From a virus (taxonomy: Duplodnaviria; Caudoviricetes): a DNA stretch of 64,000 bases. How positions within the stretch are numbered: position 1 is the first letter of the stretch; every line of letters starts with the position of its first letter. The notes beneath the pieces are model-generated. The model had not been told where the DNA came from and searched no databases. It worked only from the letters and a program-made list of their open reading frames with translations. Positions 34,124 to 43,959 of the stretch are shown here, one piece after another. A program made the position numbers and the translations under genes. The stretch is from positions 274,511 through 338,510 of the IMG/VR virus record IMGVR_UViG_3300046786_000293; one strand, written 5' to 3'.

Positions 34124-36726
34124 TTTTCTCTGCCTCGACGCATATTTGCTTGCCAATGTGCTAATTGTTTTTTACGGGGACTAGCAGTTTTTGAACGTGT
34201 AATTTTATCTAGAGTAGACAAACTTGCTTTTTTGGGAATACCATGTCTTGCTGAATCGCCTTTGTCTTGGGGATTACGACCGTCAGCAAAGTTTTCTGCC
34301 ACGTTGAATGTTGGATCTACTTTTTGACGCGGCATATTTTTAGGCTGATTAGGATCAACGGGATCTATATCTGTAGTAGTTAGTCCAGTTTTTTCTAAAT
34401 CTTTAATATACTTGTGTTCTTCTTCTTCGCTACCAAAAGAAAACATGGTGCTAGGAGGTCCCTTTCCAAAGTCATGTTTGCCTAACCCTTTTAAGTTACT
34501 AATATGCTGTCCTAGCTTATACCAATCATAAACGTCCGATACATCTACTCTGACAGATCCTTGAGGCATAGTGGGTTTAAATTCTGGGCCGTAGGGAGTG
34601 TCGTTTGGGTGTCTATCTTCGTTCTTCTTTCTGCCAGCACAGTGAGCTTTTTGACTAAAGCCTTTGGGATCGGAGCAATTAATAGAACTCTTATATTCTT
34701 TGCTCCACGATTCGTCTAACTCTAACGGCTTAGATTTAATAGCGTTGGGATACTTCTTGTTGAAGTGCCGCATAATAATACCAGCGACCCAATGTGCTTC
34801 GTTTTCAATTGGACTTCCAGTATCACCTGCACCGTCATACATTTTACCTTGTTCGTATTGTTTGAAGTGTACCATTTCATGTGCTAGTGTTCTTAGAATA
34901 TCTACAGGGTGCCTATCGGCAATGCCAAGATATATTTTTTCTTCTTCATTAACAAAACGACCGAATGTTGCTTGCCCGTCGTTGGATTTGATGTGCGGTT
35001 GTAAAACAATATGTGGGATTTCTTTAAGTTTAAGTTCTTTCATTGCCAAGGGCATAAACTCTTTAATCATCGCCATCATATCTTCTTCAGTAACACTACG
35101 ATTATTTTTTGCTTCTTCTTTAACAACATTGCCTAAAAATGTACGGGCAAATGTTTTACACATTTTTACAATAGCAGGATTACGTGTTTGCATAACATGA
35201 AATGTTTTATTCATGTCTTCTTCTTGTGTAGGGTCTTTATATCCGCAATATACTTTGTGGCAGTCTGTATCGTTAATGATCTCTGTGCAACTGTCTCCGT
35301 AACGATCGTCCATCGGGTGACAGCATGGACTTAGAGTTGTAAGAATAATACTGCCTGCAGGTACACGACCGTGCTCTGCTTCGTAGTTCATTATTGCGGC
35401 ACGTTCGGCATGTATACGTTTGTCCTTACCGTCGTCGAAGTAGTTAATACCAAAGGCGAAATTATTATCAGGATCAAGTACACAGGCTGCAACCATGCCA
35501 AATGCATCGGCGTTTAGTTTTTGTCCCTCTACTACCATTTCGCATAAGTTAACTAGGATATGATCCAATTTGTCAAAGTTTTTAATTTCAAAATCTTCGG
35601 GGTTTATTCGCGCTGAGAAATCTTCTGCCAGTCTAAAATCACGTAGCATATTTTTTGGTGTGCGAGGCTTAACATCTTTAGTAATGCTCATCGAATATCT
35701 TGGGTCTTTGGCCATCTTCTTATTCTTAGCCACAACACCGACTCCGGCAGCATCCTCTGACATTTCTTGCTTTAATGCACGAATAACATCTCCTGCGAGC
35801 TGAGTTAAACTACGTTGGGGTCCTGCTTGAAAAACTTTTTGGGCTAAGTTTTCAACATACTCGTTGCCAAATTTTTCAAATATACCAGGTTGCATTTCAC
35901 GCAAAAATTCTAATATCTGTGCAGTTCTATCTTGGTCGAATTCTTTCCAATCGTGATAATGTTTTTCGTCTGTTTCTTCTATGTCAGCAATTTCATGAAA
36001 TACCCTTGCACCGCTAATAGGACTAGAACTATAGTTACTGTCAACTTGTCCTATGTCTTCACTGACTGCGGCAGGAATCTTATTAAAAATATGTACTAGT
36101 TCAGACGTAGCACGGCCATATAATCCTGCCAAAAATTCTTTTGAGGATTCCGGATCATTCCGTACCATATTCCACAAATTACGACATTCTGTGCCGTGAC
36201 TCACATCATATGTTTTGCCTTTGATGTTTACCGCTTTTTTAATTTCGGGGATAACAATCACATAACCGTGTTGGTCGGCAGTCATCGGGGCGTGACTTTC
36301 ATCCCATGTTTTGTAATAGCTTGCGCTGCCTGCAGGCTTGATTACGTTTCCGTCTTTGTCTTTTTGATCACGCTTTGTAAATGTATCGGGATTTAAGCGA
36401 TCTTTATCGGGGGCACCTACAGCAGTAACAAATATAGTACTGGAAGGATCAAATCCTGCAGGTAGCTTGTACATTTGATTTGTTTCAATGATGCGATCAC
36501 CGGGCACGCCGGCTGCTGTCATTAATTGGTATTTGTCGGAAAAGTTAAATGGACTTTTAGCGCTAGACTGGTCATTACTAGTTAAAATGTAGACGCTGTC
36601 GCGACCAAATTGCTTTTGTAATTTTGCAAAAACTCCGGCGTGCCCTTGGTGAAAAGGCTGAAAACGTCCAGGATAAGTTACAACAACTTGTGGCTTACCA
36701 GCCTCATATAATTCGTGTGCGTACAT
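34120..36726 (-). CDS. multidomain putative cargo polyprotein: HIGH nucleotidyltransferase, Zn-deaminase and HExxH metallopeptidase
   Basis: YPGRFQPFHQGH; HAE...SPC(x11)C; LAHEMVH; domains delimited by VSE, MSE, LAE, VTEE, LDE and VAE. Confidence 0.75.
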   Translation of the reverse strand: MYAHELYEAGKPQVVVTYPGRFQPFHQGHAGVFAKLQKQFGRDSVYILTSNDQSSAKSPFNFSDKYQLMTAAGVPGDRIIETNQMYKLPAGFDPSSTIFVTAVGAPDKDRLNPDTFTKRDQKDKDGNVIKPAGSASYYKTWDESHAPMTADQHGYVIVIPEIKKAVNIKGKTYDVSHGTECRNLWNMVRNDPESSKEFLAGLYGRATSELVHIFNKIPAAVSEDIGQVDSNYSSSPISGARVFHEIADIEETDEKHYHDWKEFDQDRTAQILEFLREMQPGIFEKFGNEYVENLAQKVFQAGPQRSLTQLAGDVIRALKQEMSEDAAGVGVVAKNKKMAKDPRYSMSITKDVKPRTPKNMLRDFRLAEDFSARINPEDFEIKNFDKLDHILVNLCEMVVEGQKLNADAFGMVAACVLDPDNNFAFGINYFDDGKDKRIHAERAAIMNYEAEHGRVPAGSIILTTLSPCCHPMDDRYGDSCTEIINDTDCHKVYCGYKDPTQEEDMNKTFHVMQTRNPAIVKMCKTFARTFLGNVVKEEAKNNRSVTEEDMMAMIKEFMPLAMKELKLKEIPHIVLQPHIKSNDGQATFGRFVNEEEKIYLGIADRHPVDILRTLAHEMVHFKQYEQGKMYDGAGDTGSPIENEAHWVAGIIMRHFNKKYPNAIKSKPLELDESWSKEYKSSINCSDPKGFSQKAHCAGRKKNEDRHPNDTPYGPEFKPTMPQGSVRVDVSDVYDWYKLGQHISNLKGLGKHDFGKGPPSTMFSFGSEEEEHKYIKDLEKTGLTTTDIDPVDPNQPKNMPRQKVDPTFNVAENFADGRNPQDKGDSARHGIPKKASLSTLDKITRSKTASPRKKQLAHWQANMRRGREK

Positions 36727-36749
36727 ACTACAATTTTAGGTTATTGTAG

Positions 36750-36755
36750 TATTTA
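36750..36755 (-). promoter_or_regulatory. late-promoter-like TAAATA box
   Basis: GCTAAATA about 24 nt upstream of the 868 aa gene. Confidence 0.5.
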
Positions 36756-36759
36756 GCGA

Positions 36760-37242
36760 TTAAATATTTTCCAACAACCACAAATAAAATGGACTTGTAA
36801 ATTCGAGAATGTAAGTGCCGTTCCACCCCAAATTTACACACTGTTTTAACACAGGACGAGCGGGATCGTCGGCGACAAATTCACTAGAGTCCCACATTAG
36901 TTGTTCTAAAGAAATATCGTCTATTTCTATACTATTGATATTAAGCAACAAGTCCTTAATGATGGCTGTTTTGTCATCATTTTCAATAGTATCATTATCT
37001 TCCTTATTCTCTAGTCTTATTTGTAGTCTATTCTTAGAATCTTCTTCTAACTCGGCTGCAAATTCTATATATTTTATAGGACTTACTTTTTGTTCGCCGC
37101 CCGGATCTATGTCAAATTTTATAAAATTTCTTTCTATTAGAACATCATTTAATAAAATAGAGTATTCTGGGAACTTGTCCCAGAATACTGCACTTAATCC
37201 GATTTTAAAAGTTAGTTTTTCTTTAGGCTGACTGTTCGGCAT
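36760..37242 (-). CDS. hypothetical protein
   Basis: 160 aa; C-terminal NLGWNGTYILEFTSPFYLWLLE. Confidence 0.7.
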   Translation of the reverse strand: MPNSQPKEKLTFKIGLSAVFWDKFPEYSILLNDVLIERNFIKFDIDPGGEQKVSPIKYIEFAAELEEDSKNRLQIRLENKEDNDTIENDDKTAIIKDLLLNINSIEIDDISLEQLMWDSSEFVADDPARPVLKQCVNLGWNGTYILEFTSPFYLWLLENI

Positions 37243-38146
37243 TTTCTTTTGCGGCGGTCAATGCTTCTTCTGCTGCCTTCTTTTGTGCCTCTAATGCAGC
37301 CTTACCTTCGGCACTATTGGCATCTACACGCTTTAGACCTTTACGCTCTAATGCAGCCAAGTCGCCTTTGAATTCATAGTGTCCAATGTGATTCAATAGT
37401 ACACGACTGTCGGCCCAAATATCCCCGCCCATTGCTTGCCAACGACGGCAGAATGTCCAGTCTTCGCTCAAGTAGTGACCACGTTCGTCAATGATAGTAT
37501 CAAAAATACTATACATAAATGGTTCAAACTGCTTACCAAGACCAATATCATCAACATACTTGCACTCGGGGTGTGCGGCGATTAGTTTTTCATAAACGTG
37601 TTTCTTGAACAACAAGAATCCTGTACCTTGTGTGTCGACTTGAAAAATAGGACCTTCGATTCGTCCGCCATTCTTCAAATTAATAACATAGTCAATAGGT
37701 AGGCTCTTCTTAGGATATAGTCCACCAATCACATCTTTATCTGCGGCAATCATACCAAAGATTGCTTCAGGTTCAAAACGAATGTCTGCATCAATAAACA
37801 TAAAATGTGTAGCTTGTGCATTAGTCATCATCTTGGCACATAGGTTGTTACGTGCTCTAGTCACCAATGATTCGTTAACCATGGTGTCTAAACTCCAATT
37901 AAGACCAACTTTTCCAGCTAACAAAGTAAAACGCAAGAAACTAGTCATTGTTGGTTCACTAACCATACCACCGTAGCAAGGTACTGCAAAGTGGACATGA
38001 ACTTTACTAAAGTCAAATTGTCCTTGTTGTACTTGCGCCTGTGTTTTAGCCAATTGTGGTACTGGCATAATAGGTTTAGTTAGTTTTGGTGCAGGTTTAT
38101 TTCCGCTAGATTGGGGCGTAACTTGTTTTGGAGTATTATTGCTCAT
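37223..38146 (-). CDS. GT-A fold glycosyltransferase (GT2-like)
   Basis: FAVPCYGG, SLVTRARN, FMFIDADI (DxD), TGFLL, SEDWTFC, HIG. Confidence 0.8.
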   Translation of the reverse strand: MSNNTPKQVTPQSSGNKPAPKLTKPIMPVPQLAKTQAQVQQGQFDFSKVHVHFAVPCYGGMVSEPTMTSFLRFTLLAGKVGLNWSLDTMVNESLVTRARNNLCAKMMTNAQATHFMFIDADIRFEPEAIFGMIAADKDVIGGLYPKKSLPIDYVINLKNGGRIEGPIFQVDTQGTGFLLFKKHVYEKLIAAHPECKYVDDIGLGKQFEPFMYSIFDTIIDERGHYLSEDWTFCRRWQAMGGDIWADSRVLLNHIGHYEFKGDLAALERKGLKRVDANSAEGKAALEAQKKAAEEALTAAKENAEQSA

Positions 38147-38166
38147 TGATTTCTTTCTTAAAATGA

Positions 38167-38334
38167 TTAGGCTGGTTGAATTTCTACAATAATGCCTGAG
38201 CCTGCCAGTTCTTCGGCTACAGCATTAAGACTTTCTAGCATTTCTGCTGTAATGATACCTTCATCGGATGAAGATTGATCTTTAACTAGTTTACTAAAAG
38301 TAATTACTAATGATTCTGATTGAATTTTAGCCAT
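38167..38334 (-). CDS. 55 aa hypothetical protein (not in the ORF track)
   Basis: MAKIQSESLVITFSKLVK...IVEIQPA; fills the gap between genes and has an AAGGA RBS. Confidence 0.6.
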   Translation of the reverse strand: MAKIQSESLVITFSKLVKDQSSSDEGIITAEMLESLNAVAEELAGSGIIVEIQPA

Positions 38335-38356
38335 ATAGGATCCTTGAATATGCTAT

Positions 38357-38364
38357 TATTTATA
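38357..38364 (-). promoter_or_regulatory. T4-type late promoter TATAAATA
   Basis: Exact T4 late consensus overlapping the stop of 38360..39118. Confidence 0.6.
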
Positions 38365-39118
38365 GATCGGGATTACTTAGTTTATAAATTCCGGCAATGC
38401 ATTCGGGTGCTATTAGATTAATAAAAGTTACAATTTTTTCATCTTTGGCATAAAAATATCCGCCGGGGAACCACATATGATTGCTACCTAAATGTTTTAC
38501 CAAACTTTTAGTAAGGCATACTTCGTCGTCGCCAAGATTGTACAAATAGTCTAATAGAGTCCGTTTAGTTTCGACGTCTTTAATTTTATTTTCCCTAAGC
38601 ATAATTTTATATTGAAATTCGGGATAACTCTTAAAGATAATCTCTCCTCGATTTAATATTTCTATACTTTTTTCATTTGCAGGAGAATGTATTTCTTCAA
38701 CTCTTTCGGGATAGTTTTTCACTAATAAACAGTACAATAGTTCTTGATCATTGCAATAAACTGATAAATTAGGTTCCTCTAATCTAAGTTTAATTGAACC
38801 TTTTAGTGCATTTCTAATAGATATCCAATATTCAAGTTGATCTATTCTTGCATGAACTTTCAAATATTCTACACGTCTTTGAGTATAACTACTAGACCAA
38901 GATCCAATTCTATAATTAGCAGTTGACTCCAATAAGTTTATTCGTTGATTGAGTAGATGTTCTACTCCTTTATACAGAATTTTATTGTCGTTTATAATTC
39001 TACACCCAGGTGTATGAACTACTGCTTTGTATAGATATTGATTAAAAAATTTCTTTTTTGTCTCTATACATTTAACAGTTGGATTTAATTGCGTCCAGAA
39101 CGATGTATCCATTTTCAT
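38360..39118 (-). CDS. hypothetical protein
   Basis: 252 aa ORF downstream of clpA. Confidence 0.7.
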   Translation of the reverse strand: MKMDTSFWTQLNPTVKCIETKKKFFNQYLYKAVVHTPGCRIINDNKILYKGVEHLLNQRINLLESTANYRIGSWSSSYTQRRVEYLKVHARIDQLEYWISIRNALKGSIKLRLEEPNLSVYCNDQELLYCLLVKNYPERVEEIHSPANEKSIEILNRGEIIFKSYPEFQYKIMLRENKIKDVETKRTLLDYLYNLGDDEVCLTKSLVKHLGSNHMWFPGGYFYAKDEKIVTFINLIAPECIAGIYKLSNPDL

Positions 39119-41366
39119 CCGTTAACGATTGTGTAGGGAAAACTATGTATTCGTTTTCTTTAATTTCAAATTCTAATTTATCTTTATAGTCAACATTAAC
39201 TAAACAGTTAGCAACATTTTCAAATAGAATCTTTTTACTCAAAGGCACTTTAATTAGTTCGTTAATCTTTCGACCCAACGGACGAGCACCCATTTTACTA
39301 TCATACCCTTGACTAATGATATAATCTGTAGCTGCTTCTGACAAAGTAACACGTATACGTTTATCGCTAAGTAGTTCATTCATTTCACTAACAAACTTAT
39401 AAACAATCTTACGAACATTAACAGAATCTAGTTTGTTAAACTTGATAATACCATCTAATCGATTACGAAACTCTGGCTTAAAGAAATCTTTAACAGCCTT
39501 GTCATCTTCACCTGTCTTCTCTAGACTACGACCAAAACCGATACTGTTGCGTTCGTTGTCAGCGGCTCCTAAGTTACTTGTTAGAATAACTACAGCATTA
39601 CGGCAATCTGCCTTCTTGCCGTTGCTACTAGTAATCATGCCCTCATCCATTAAACTAAGAAGCAAATTGCTAACATCCGGGTGGGCTTTTTCAATCTCGT
39701 CGAAAAGAATAATACAATTAGGATTCTTTTCAACATCACTAATAAGCAATCCGCCGCCTAAATTACCATCATCATAGCCGATATACCCGGGGGGAGCGCC
39801 AATCAGTTTTGCAACCGAGTGGCGTTCTTGGTACTCACTCATGTCATATCTTAATAGTTTCATCCCGAGATTCTCTGCCAGCAACTTTGCTAGTTCAGTT
39901 TTACCTGTGCCAGTTGGACCTAAGAATAGGAATGATCCAACCGGTTTATTCAGTGCTTTAAGGCCAGCACGTGACACATAAATTTTATCCAGCACATCTA
40001 TTACAGCCTGATCTTGTCCGTAAAGTTTACCTTTAATATTACCTTCAAGGTCTCCTAGATTTTTAACTGCATCAGTGTCTAATTGTTCTACTGGAATTTT
40101 AGTAAACTTACTTAACGAATCGATAATATGACTCTTACGAACCACAAACCCTGTAGTGGAAATTTTTAGTTTAGCAGCCGCAGTATCAATTAAATCAATG
40201 GCTTTGTCGGGTAATCTCTTATCTGTTTGATAACGAACACTAAGATCCACTGAGGCATCGATTGCTTCGTCGCTGATATCGCCGCCATGAAATTCTTCAA
40301 AATACTCTTTAAGTCCTTTAAGAATCTGTTTTGCAACTTCTGGTGTCGGTTCCTCTACAGTCATACGATAGAAGCGACGCATCAATGCACGGTCCTTTTC
40401 GAAGCTTTGACTGTATTCTTCCCAAGTGGTGCTAGCAATAACTTTAACGCGGCCCTTAGTTAATGCAGGCTTAATAATATTAGCAAAGTCTGGCCCGCTT
40501 TGGCTACCACTACCAGCGCCTCGCATAGTATGTGCTTCGTCGATAAACAAAATGGCTTTACCTTTGGCATTTAAAGCCTTGATAATTTCTTTAATTTTTT
40601 CTTCAAAGTCTCCGCGATATTTACTACCTGCAAGAATACTGCTAATATCTAAATTATATACTGTGTGATCTTTAAGATATTCAGGTACTTCACCTTTAGT
40701 AATATTAAGGGCAAGTCCTTCTGCAATTGCAGTCTTACCTACACCAGGATCGCCGACCATTAGAACGTTACTCTTATTGCGCTTGGCTAGTACCTGTGTA
40801 ATTTCGTCGATTTCGTTATTACGACCAATGATGGGATCAATACGACCTTGTTCTGCTGCATCGTTCAGGTTATCGCAGTATTCTTCTAAAATAGTATCTG
40901 CTGTGCTTCTGGTTTTCTTTTTAGTTTTGTTTTCTGCAAAATTCTTATTCCAAAAGTTAACAACTTTGGCTCGTTCTAGTCCAAATCTAACTAACAGATA
41001 TCGAGCATAACTCTTATCTTCTGCCATAATACTAAGGAATAAGTCAATAGTTTGCAAGTTTTGTCGTCCACTAAACAGGACTTGTGTAAATGCTCTATTA
41101 AACACACGTTCTAAACTGTGCGTTTTTTTCGGAACAATGTCGTATCCTTTACTAATTAGAAATGTTTGAGTAGTTAAATAATCATCTATTTCTTTTATAA
41201 GTAGATCTACATCACAACCAAAGTTGACTAGTATTTCTTTAAAGGACTCATTAGTAACCATTGCATGAAGCAAATGTTCTAACGTCACATATTCGTGGTT
41301 TTTATTGGCTGCATATTGTGTAGCCGATTCGATCATTAGATCAATCTCTGGACTTGTTTGTAGCAT
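39072..41366 (-). CDS. clpA: ATP-dependent Clp protease ATPase subunit
   Basis: Clp N-domain (HEYVTLEHLL), AAA1 GDPGVGKT, AAA2 GPTGTGKT, IGF loop, GARPL. Confidence 0.95.
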   Translation of the reverse strand: MLQTSPEIDLMIESATQYAANKNHEYVTLEHLLHAMVTNESFKEILVNFGCDVDLLIKEIDDYLTTQTFLISKGYDIVPKKTHSLERVFNRAFTQVLFSGRQNLQTIDLFLSIMAEDKSYARYLLVRFGLERAKVVNFWNKNFAENKTKKKTRSTADTILEEYCDNLNDAAEQGRIDPIIGRNNEIDEITQVLAKRNKSNVLMVGDPGVGKTAIAEGLALNITKGEVPEYLKDHTVYNLDISSILAGSKYRGDFEEKIKEIIKALNAKGKAILFIDEAHTMRGAGSGSQSGPDFANIIKPALTKGRVKVIASTTWEEYSQSFEKDRALMRRFYRMTVEEPTPEVAKQILKGLKEYFEEFHGGDISDEAIDASVDLSVRYQTDKRLPDKAIDLIDTAAAKLKISTTGFVVRKSHIIDSLSKFTKIPVEQLDTDAVKNLGDLEGNIKGKLYGQDQAVIDVLDKIYVSRAGLKALNKPVGSFLFLGPTGTGKTELAKLLAENLGMKLLRYDMSEYQERHSVAKLIGAPPGYIGYDDGNLGGGLLISDVEKNPNCIILFDEIEKAHPDVSNLLLSLMDEGMITSSNGKKADCRNAVVILTSNLGAADNERNSIGFGRSLEKTGEDDKAVKDFFKPEFRNRLDGIIKFNKLDSVNVRKIVYKFVSEMNELLSDKRIRVTLSEAATDYIISQGYDSKMGARPLGRKINELIKVPLSKKILFENVANCLVNVDYKDKLEFEIKENEYIVFPTQSLTDENGYIVLDAIKSNC

Positions 41367-41371
41367 AAAAA

Positions 41372-41377
41372 TATTTA
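41372..41377 (-). promoter_or_regulatory. late-promoter-like TAAATA box before clpA
   Basis: GGTAAATA; its TAA is the dnaJ stop codon. Confidence 0.45.
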
Positions 41378-42199
41378 CCGCTGAGTTGTTATTGTATAAA
41401 TTAACTGTTTTTGATCTTCTGTCAGGTTAGTGGGAATTTTTATATTCACAGAAATGTATAAACTACCTTTAATATCATTCTGGAATCCGTTTAATCCTTC
41501 TCCAGAAATCTTTAATTTTGTTCCATGTTGGCAACCTTGCGGAGTTTGAATTATAAATTCTTTACCATCGAGACCTACAACAGTTTGTTCACTACCTAGT
41601 ATAGCCTGAAAACAATCTATTGTCAAGCTAGTAATTAAATCCAATCCGCTTACTTGAAAAGCAGGATCTGCCATAACTTGAATTATAATATATAAGTCGC
41701 CCCTGGGCAAGTTATCAAACATGTTGTCTCCCATTCCGGGATACTTCATAGTTGTGCCACTGGTAATACCTTTAGGGACAACAATATCTACGTTTTGTCT
41801 AGTGCCGTTTGCTGTTTTAATACTTAGAGTTTTATTTTGATCTGTTAATGTATCTCTAAGAGTAATAACTAATTCGGACTTAATATCTTTGTTTCTGCGC
41901 GGTGCAGGCGGTTGCCTACGACCAAACATATCAAATCCAAACTGAGCGAAAATGTCTTCCATATTTCCATTATTAAAATTAAAATGGAAATGATTTGGCC
42001 CCATTTGTTGAACAGGATTATCGTATTCTGCTCGTTTTTGCGAATCACTTAATACACGATATGCTTCTTCTACTTGTTGGAATTTGGCCGTATCGCCACC
42101 CTTGTCAGGATGATGCTGACTAGCTAACTTTCGATAAGCACGTTTAATTTCGTCGGGTGTTGCAGTTTTGGATATGCCCAAAACTTCATAATAATTCAT
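41375..42199 (-). CDS. dnaJ: DnaJ/CbpA-type co-chaperone (class II, no Zn finger)
   Basis: [19 protein letters not shown]-domain, G/F-rich region, C-terminal DnaJ_C. Confidence 0.93.
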   Translation of the reverse strand: MNYYEVLGISKTATPDEIKRAYRKLASQHHPDKGGDTAKFQQVEEAYRVLSDSQKRAEYDNPVQQMGPNHFHFNFNNGNMEDIFAQFGFDMFGRRQPPAPRRNKDIKSELVITLRDTLTDQNKTLSIKTANGTRQNVDIVVPKGITSGTTMKYPGMGDNMFDNLPRGDLYIIIQVMADPAFQVSGLDLITSLTIDCFQAILGSEQTVVGLDGKEFIIQTPQGCQHGTKLKISGEGLNGFQNDIKGSLYISVNIKIPTNLTEDQKQLIYTITTQR

Positions 42200-42205
42200 A
42201 TGTAT

Positions 42206-42234
42206 ATTATATAGCGAAAAAAGGCAGTGGTCAA
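42206..42234 (-). promoter_or_regulatory. sigma70-type promoter for dnaJ-clpA
   Basis: TTGACC, 17 nt spacer, TATAAT. Confidence 0.7.
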
Positions 42235-42243
42235 CTGCCTTTT
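42217..42243 (-). terminator. intrinsic terminator (possibly bidirectional)
   Basis: AAAAGGCAG-TTGACCA-CTGCCTTTTTT hairpin with a U-tract; the loop contains the dnaJ -35 box. Confidence 0.75.
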
Positions 42244-42264
42244 AAACCTAAGTACAAGAAAGAA

Positions 42265-42468
42265 TTATTTCTTGCCGTCAGGTACTTTTTCGCCTTCTAC
42301 CTTTTTGTGAACTTTGATAGTCTTGCAAACTTGCTCGGGCTTGCCGTCTTTGCCGTTTACAACTTTACCGGCTTTGTCTTTTTTGTCTTCGCAGACTTTC
42401 TTTTCTTCACCTCCGGCAAAGGCTGTTGATGCAAGTGCTAATGTTAATAGTGCGATTAAATGTTTCAT
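42265..42468 (-). CDS. small secreted protein
   Basis: Signal peptide MKHLIALLTLALASTAFA, a Cys pair, Lys-rich. Confidence 0.7.
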   Translation of the reverse strand: MKHLIALLTLALASTAFAGGEEKKVCEDKKDKAGKVVNGKDGKPEQVCKTIKVHKKVEGEKVPDGKK

Positions 42469-42481
42469 TTTATTTTCCTTA

Positions 42482-43036
42482 TTAAATTAATGGTTGTTGT
42501 TCTTCTGGAACAATTTTCTTACCGCTGGCTGTAAATGCCGGTTGTTGTGCCGGGAAATTATTTCCAAACCCACTTCCGTTTCCCAAAGGTTGTGAGCCAA
42601 AGGAATTAGTGACTGGTGCTGGAGAACCGAATCCTCCTGCTGCCGTAGAGCCAAATGCTGAAGCCCCGCCTGATGAAAAGGATGTTGCTGAACCATTTCC
42701 AAATCCTCCACTGGTTGGTGTAGTAGGTGCAGGAGGTTTATCCCACCCTTTGTTTGCTGCTGCTAAGGCCTGCTTTTGAGCATCTTTATCGCCGCCCGCT
42801 AGCATAATACCAGATAGTGTACCTGTCAAGAATGTAGCAATAGGAACAATTAATTCAAAGAATTTTTGGTCTATTGGACTTATGGCATTAAGTGGCTGTG
42901 TTACAAATATTAATGAATATAACACGACAAAAACAATACCAGTTAATGTCATTGCAAGACAAACTCCGATAAAGAATTTTAGACGAGCCATTAACTGCTC
43001 TTCTGTATAGATAAATGGTGTTGTATTATTTTCCAC
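42482..43036 (-). CDS. membrane protein with a Gly/Ser/Phe-rich tail (lysis-region accessory)
   Basis: GTG start after AAGGAG; two TM segments; FG-rich C-terminus. Confidence 0.65.
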   Translation of the reverse strand: MENNTTPFIYTEEQLMARLKFFIGVCLAMTLTGIVFVVLYSLIFVTQPLNAISPIDQKFFELIVPIATFLTGTLSGIMLAGGDKDAQKQALAAANKGWDKPPAPTTPTSGGFGNGSATSFSSGGASAFGSTAAGGFGSPAPVTNSFGSQPLGNGSGFGNNFPAQQPAFTASGKKIVPEEQQPLI

Positions 43037-43325
43037 AATTTGCTCCTTGGATTGTTGCGGGGGCACATGCCGGCGCAGTCGAAATATTAGTTGTTTGAGT
43101 CGGTTCATCTTTTGGTAATCCTAATCTTGGGTCCCTTTGACCTTTAAAAATATGCTCAGGACAAGTTCTTGTCACATCGCATTTTGGTTTTTGACAAAAT
43201 TCTTTATCCCAGTTTTCAGGGTCCTGACAAGGATATCGAAATCTGTCGCCGCTGCACATAGCCATGCCAATTGGTAATGCCAGTAATACTAAAAGGTACT
43301 TAACTAGCTTATGGTCATCGTTCAT
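43026..43325 (-). CDS. Cys-rich membrane-anchored or lipoprotein-like protein
   Basis: N-terminal TM followed by CQDP..CQKPKCDVTRTC. Confidence 0.65.
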   Translation of the reverse strand: MNDDHKLVKYLLVLLALPIGMAMCSGDRFRYPCQDPENWDKEFCQKPKCDVTRTCPEHIFKGQRDPRLGLPKDEPTQTTNISTAPACAPATIQGANCGK

Positions 43326-43348
43326 AGTTAACTCCCTGCCCTTTTTTA

Positions 43349-43687
43349 TTATACATCTTTAGATCCTATTTTATTATTTAAATATTTGTCCATGATTGCG
43401 TTACCTACCCATATGGCCATATATCCTGTAAAATACCATTCTGTAAATTTATCATCTAATATTAAATAGACAAATCCCCAAGTACTAACAATCCATGCTC
43501 CTAAACGTGTAAATTTCTTTTCGTCCAAATGGCCGTCTTTACAAATAAGGTCTTTAAGATCTACCCTACTTTGACTGTCTTTGTGCCATAGGTATAATAG
43601 TGCTAGTAAAAAAAATACAACAATAGCAAGCACAGCGCTCATACTAAGATGCATTTTAGATATTGAAGCCCAATCTATGTTAAACAT
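43349..43687 (-). CDS. putative holin-like membrane protein
   Basis: Three TM segments in 112 aa within the lysis cassette. Confidence 0.45.
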   Translation of the reverse strand: MFNIDWASISKMHLSMSAVLAIVVFFLLALLYLWHKDSQSRVDLKDLICKDGHLDEKKFTRLGAWIVSTWGFVYLILDDKFTEWYFTGYMAIWVGNAIMDKYLNNKIGSKDV

Positions 43688-43695
43688 TTGTATTA

Positions 43696-43959
43696 TCAGT
43701 TTTTATTAAATATTTTTTTTTGTTCAGCATACCAGTCTTGCCAGCCGTGTGTTTTTTCAGCACACTGATAATATGTGGCGTAATTTTGTATTACTACTTT
43801 TAACATTTCTCTCAGTGAATTTTTTCCGTCATCTACGGTTAGCAGATCTGGGCAACGTTCTAATAGAATTTGCGGAGCAACAGGAAAGTCTTGCTTAACA
43901 GGGACCACTGTAGAACAAGCACTGAAAAATAACACACAAACTAGAACCAAGTATTTCAT
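43696..43959 (-). CDS. o-spanin (Rz1-like lipoprotein)
   Basis: Lipobox FFSAC, Pro-rich segment, directly after the i-spanin. Confidence 0.7.
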   Translation of the reverse strand: MKYLVLVCVLFFSACSTVVPVKQDFPVAPQILLERCPDLLTVDDGKNSLREMLKVVIQNYATYYQCAEKTHGWQDWYAEQKKIFNKN

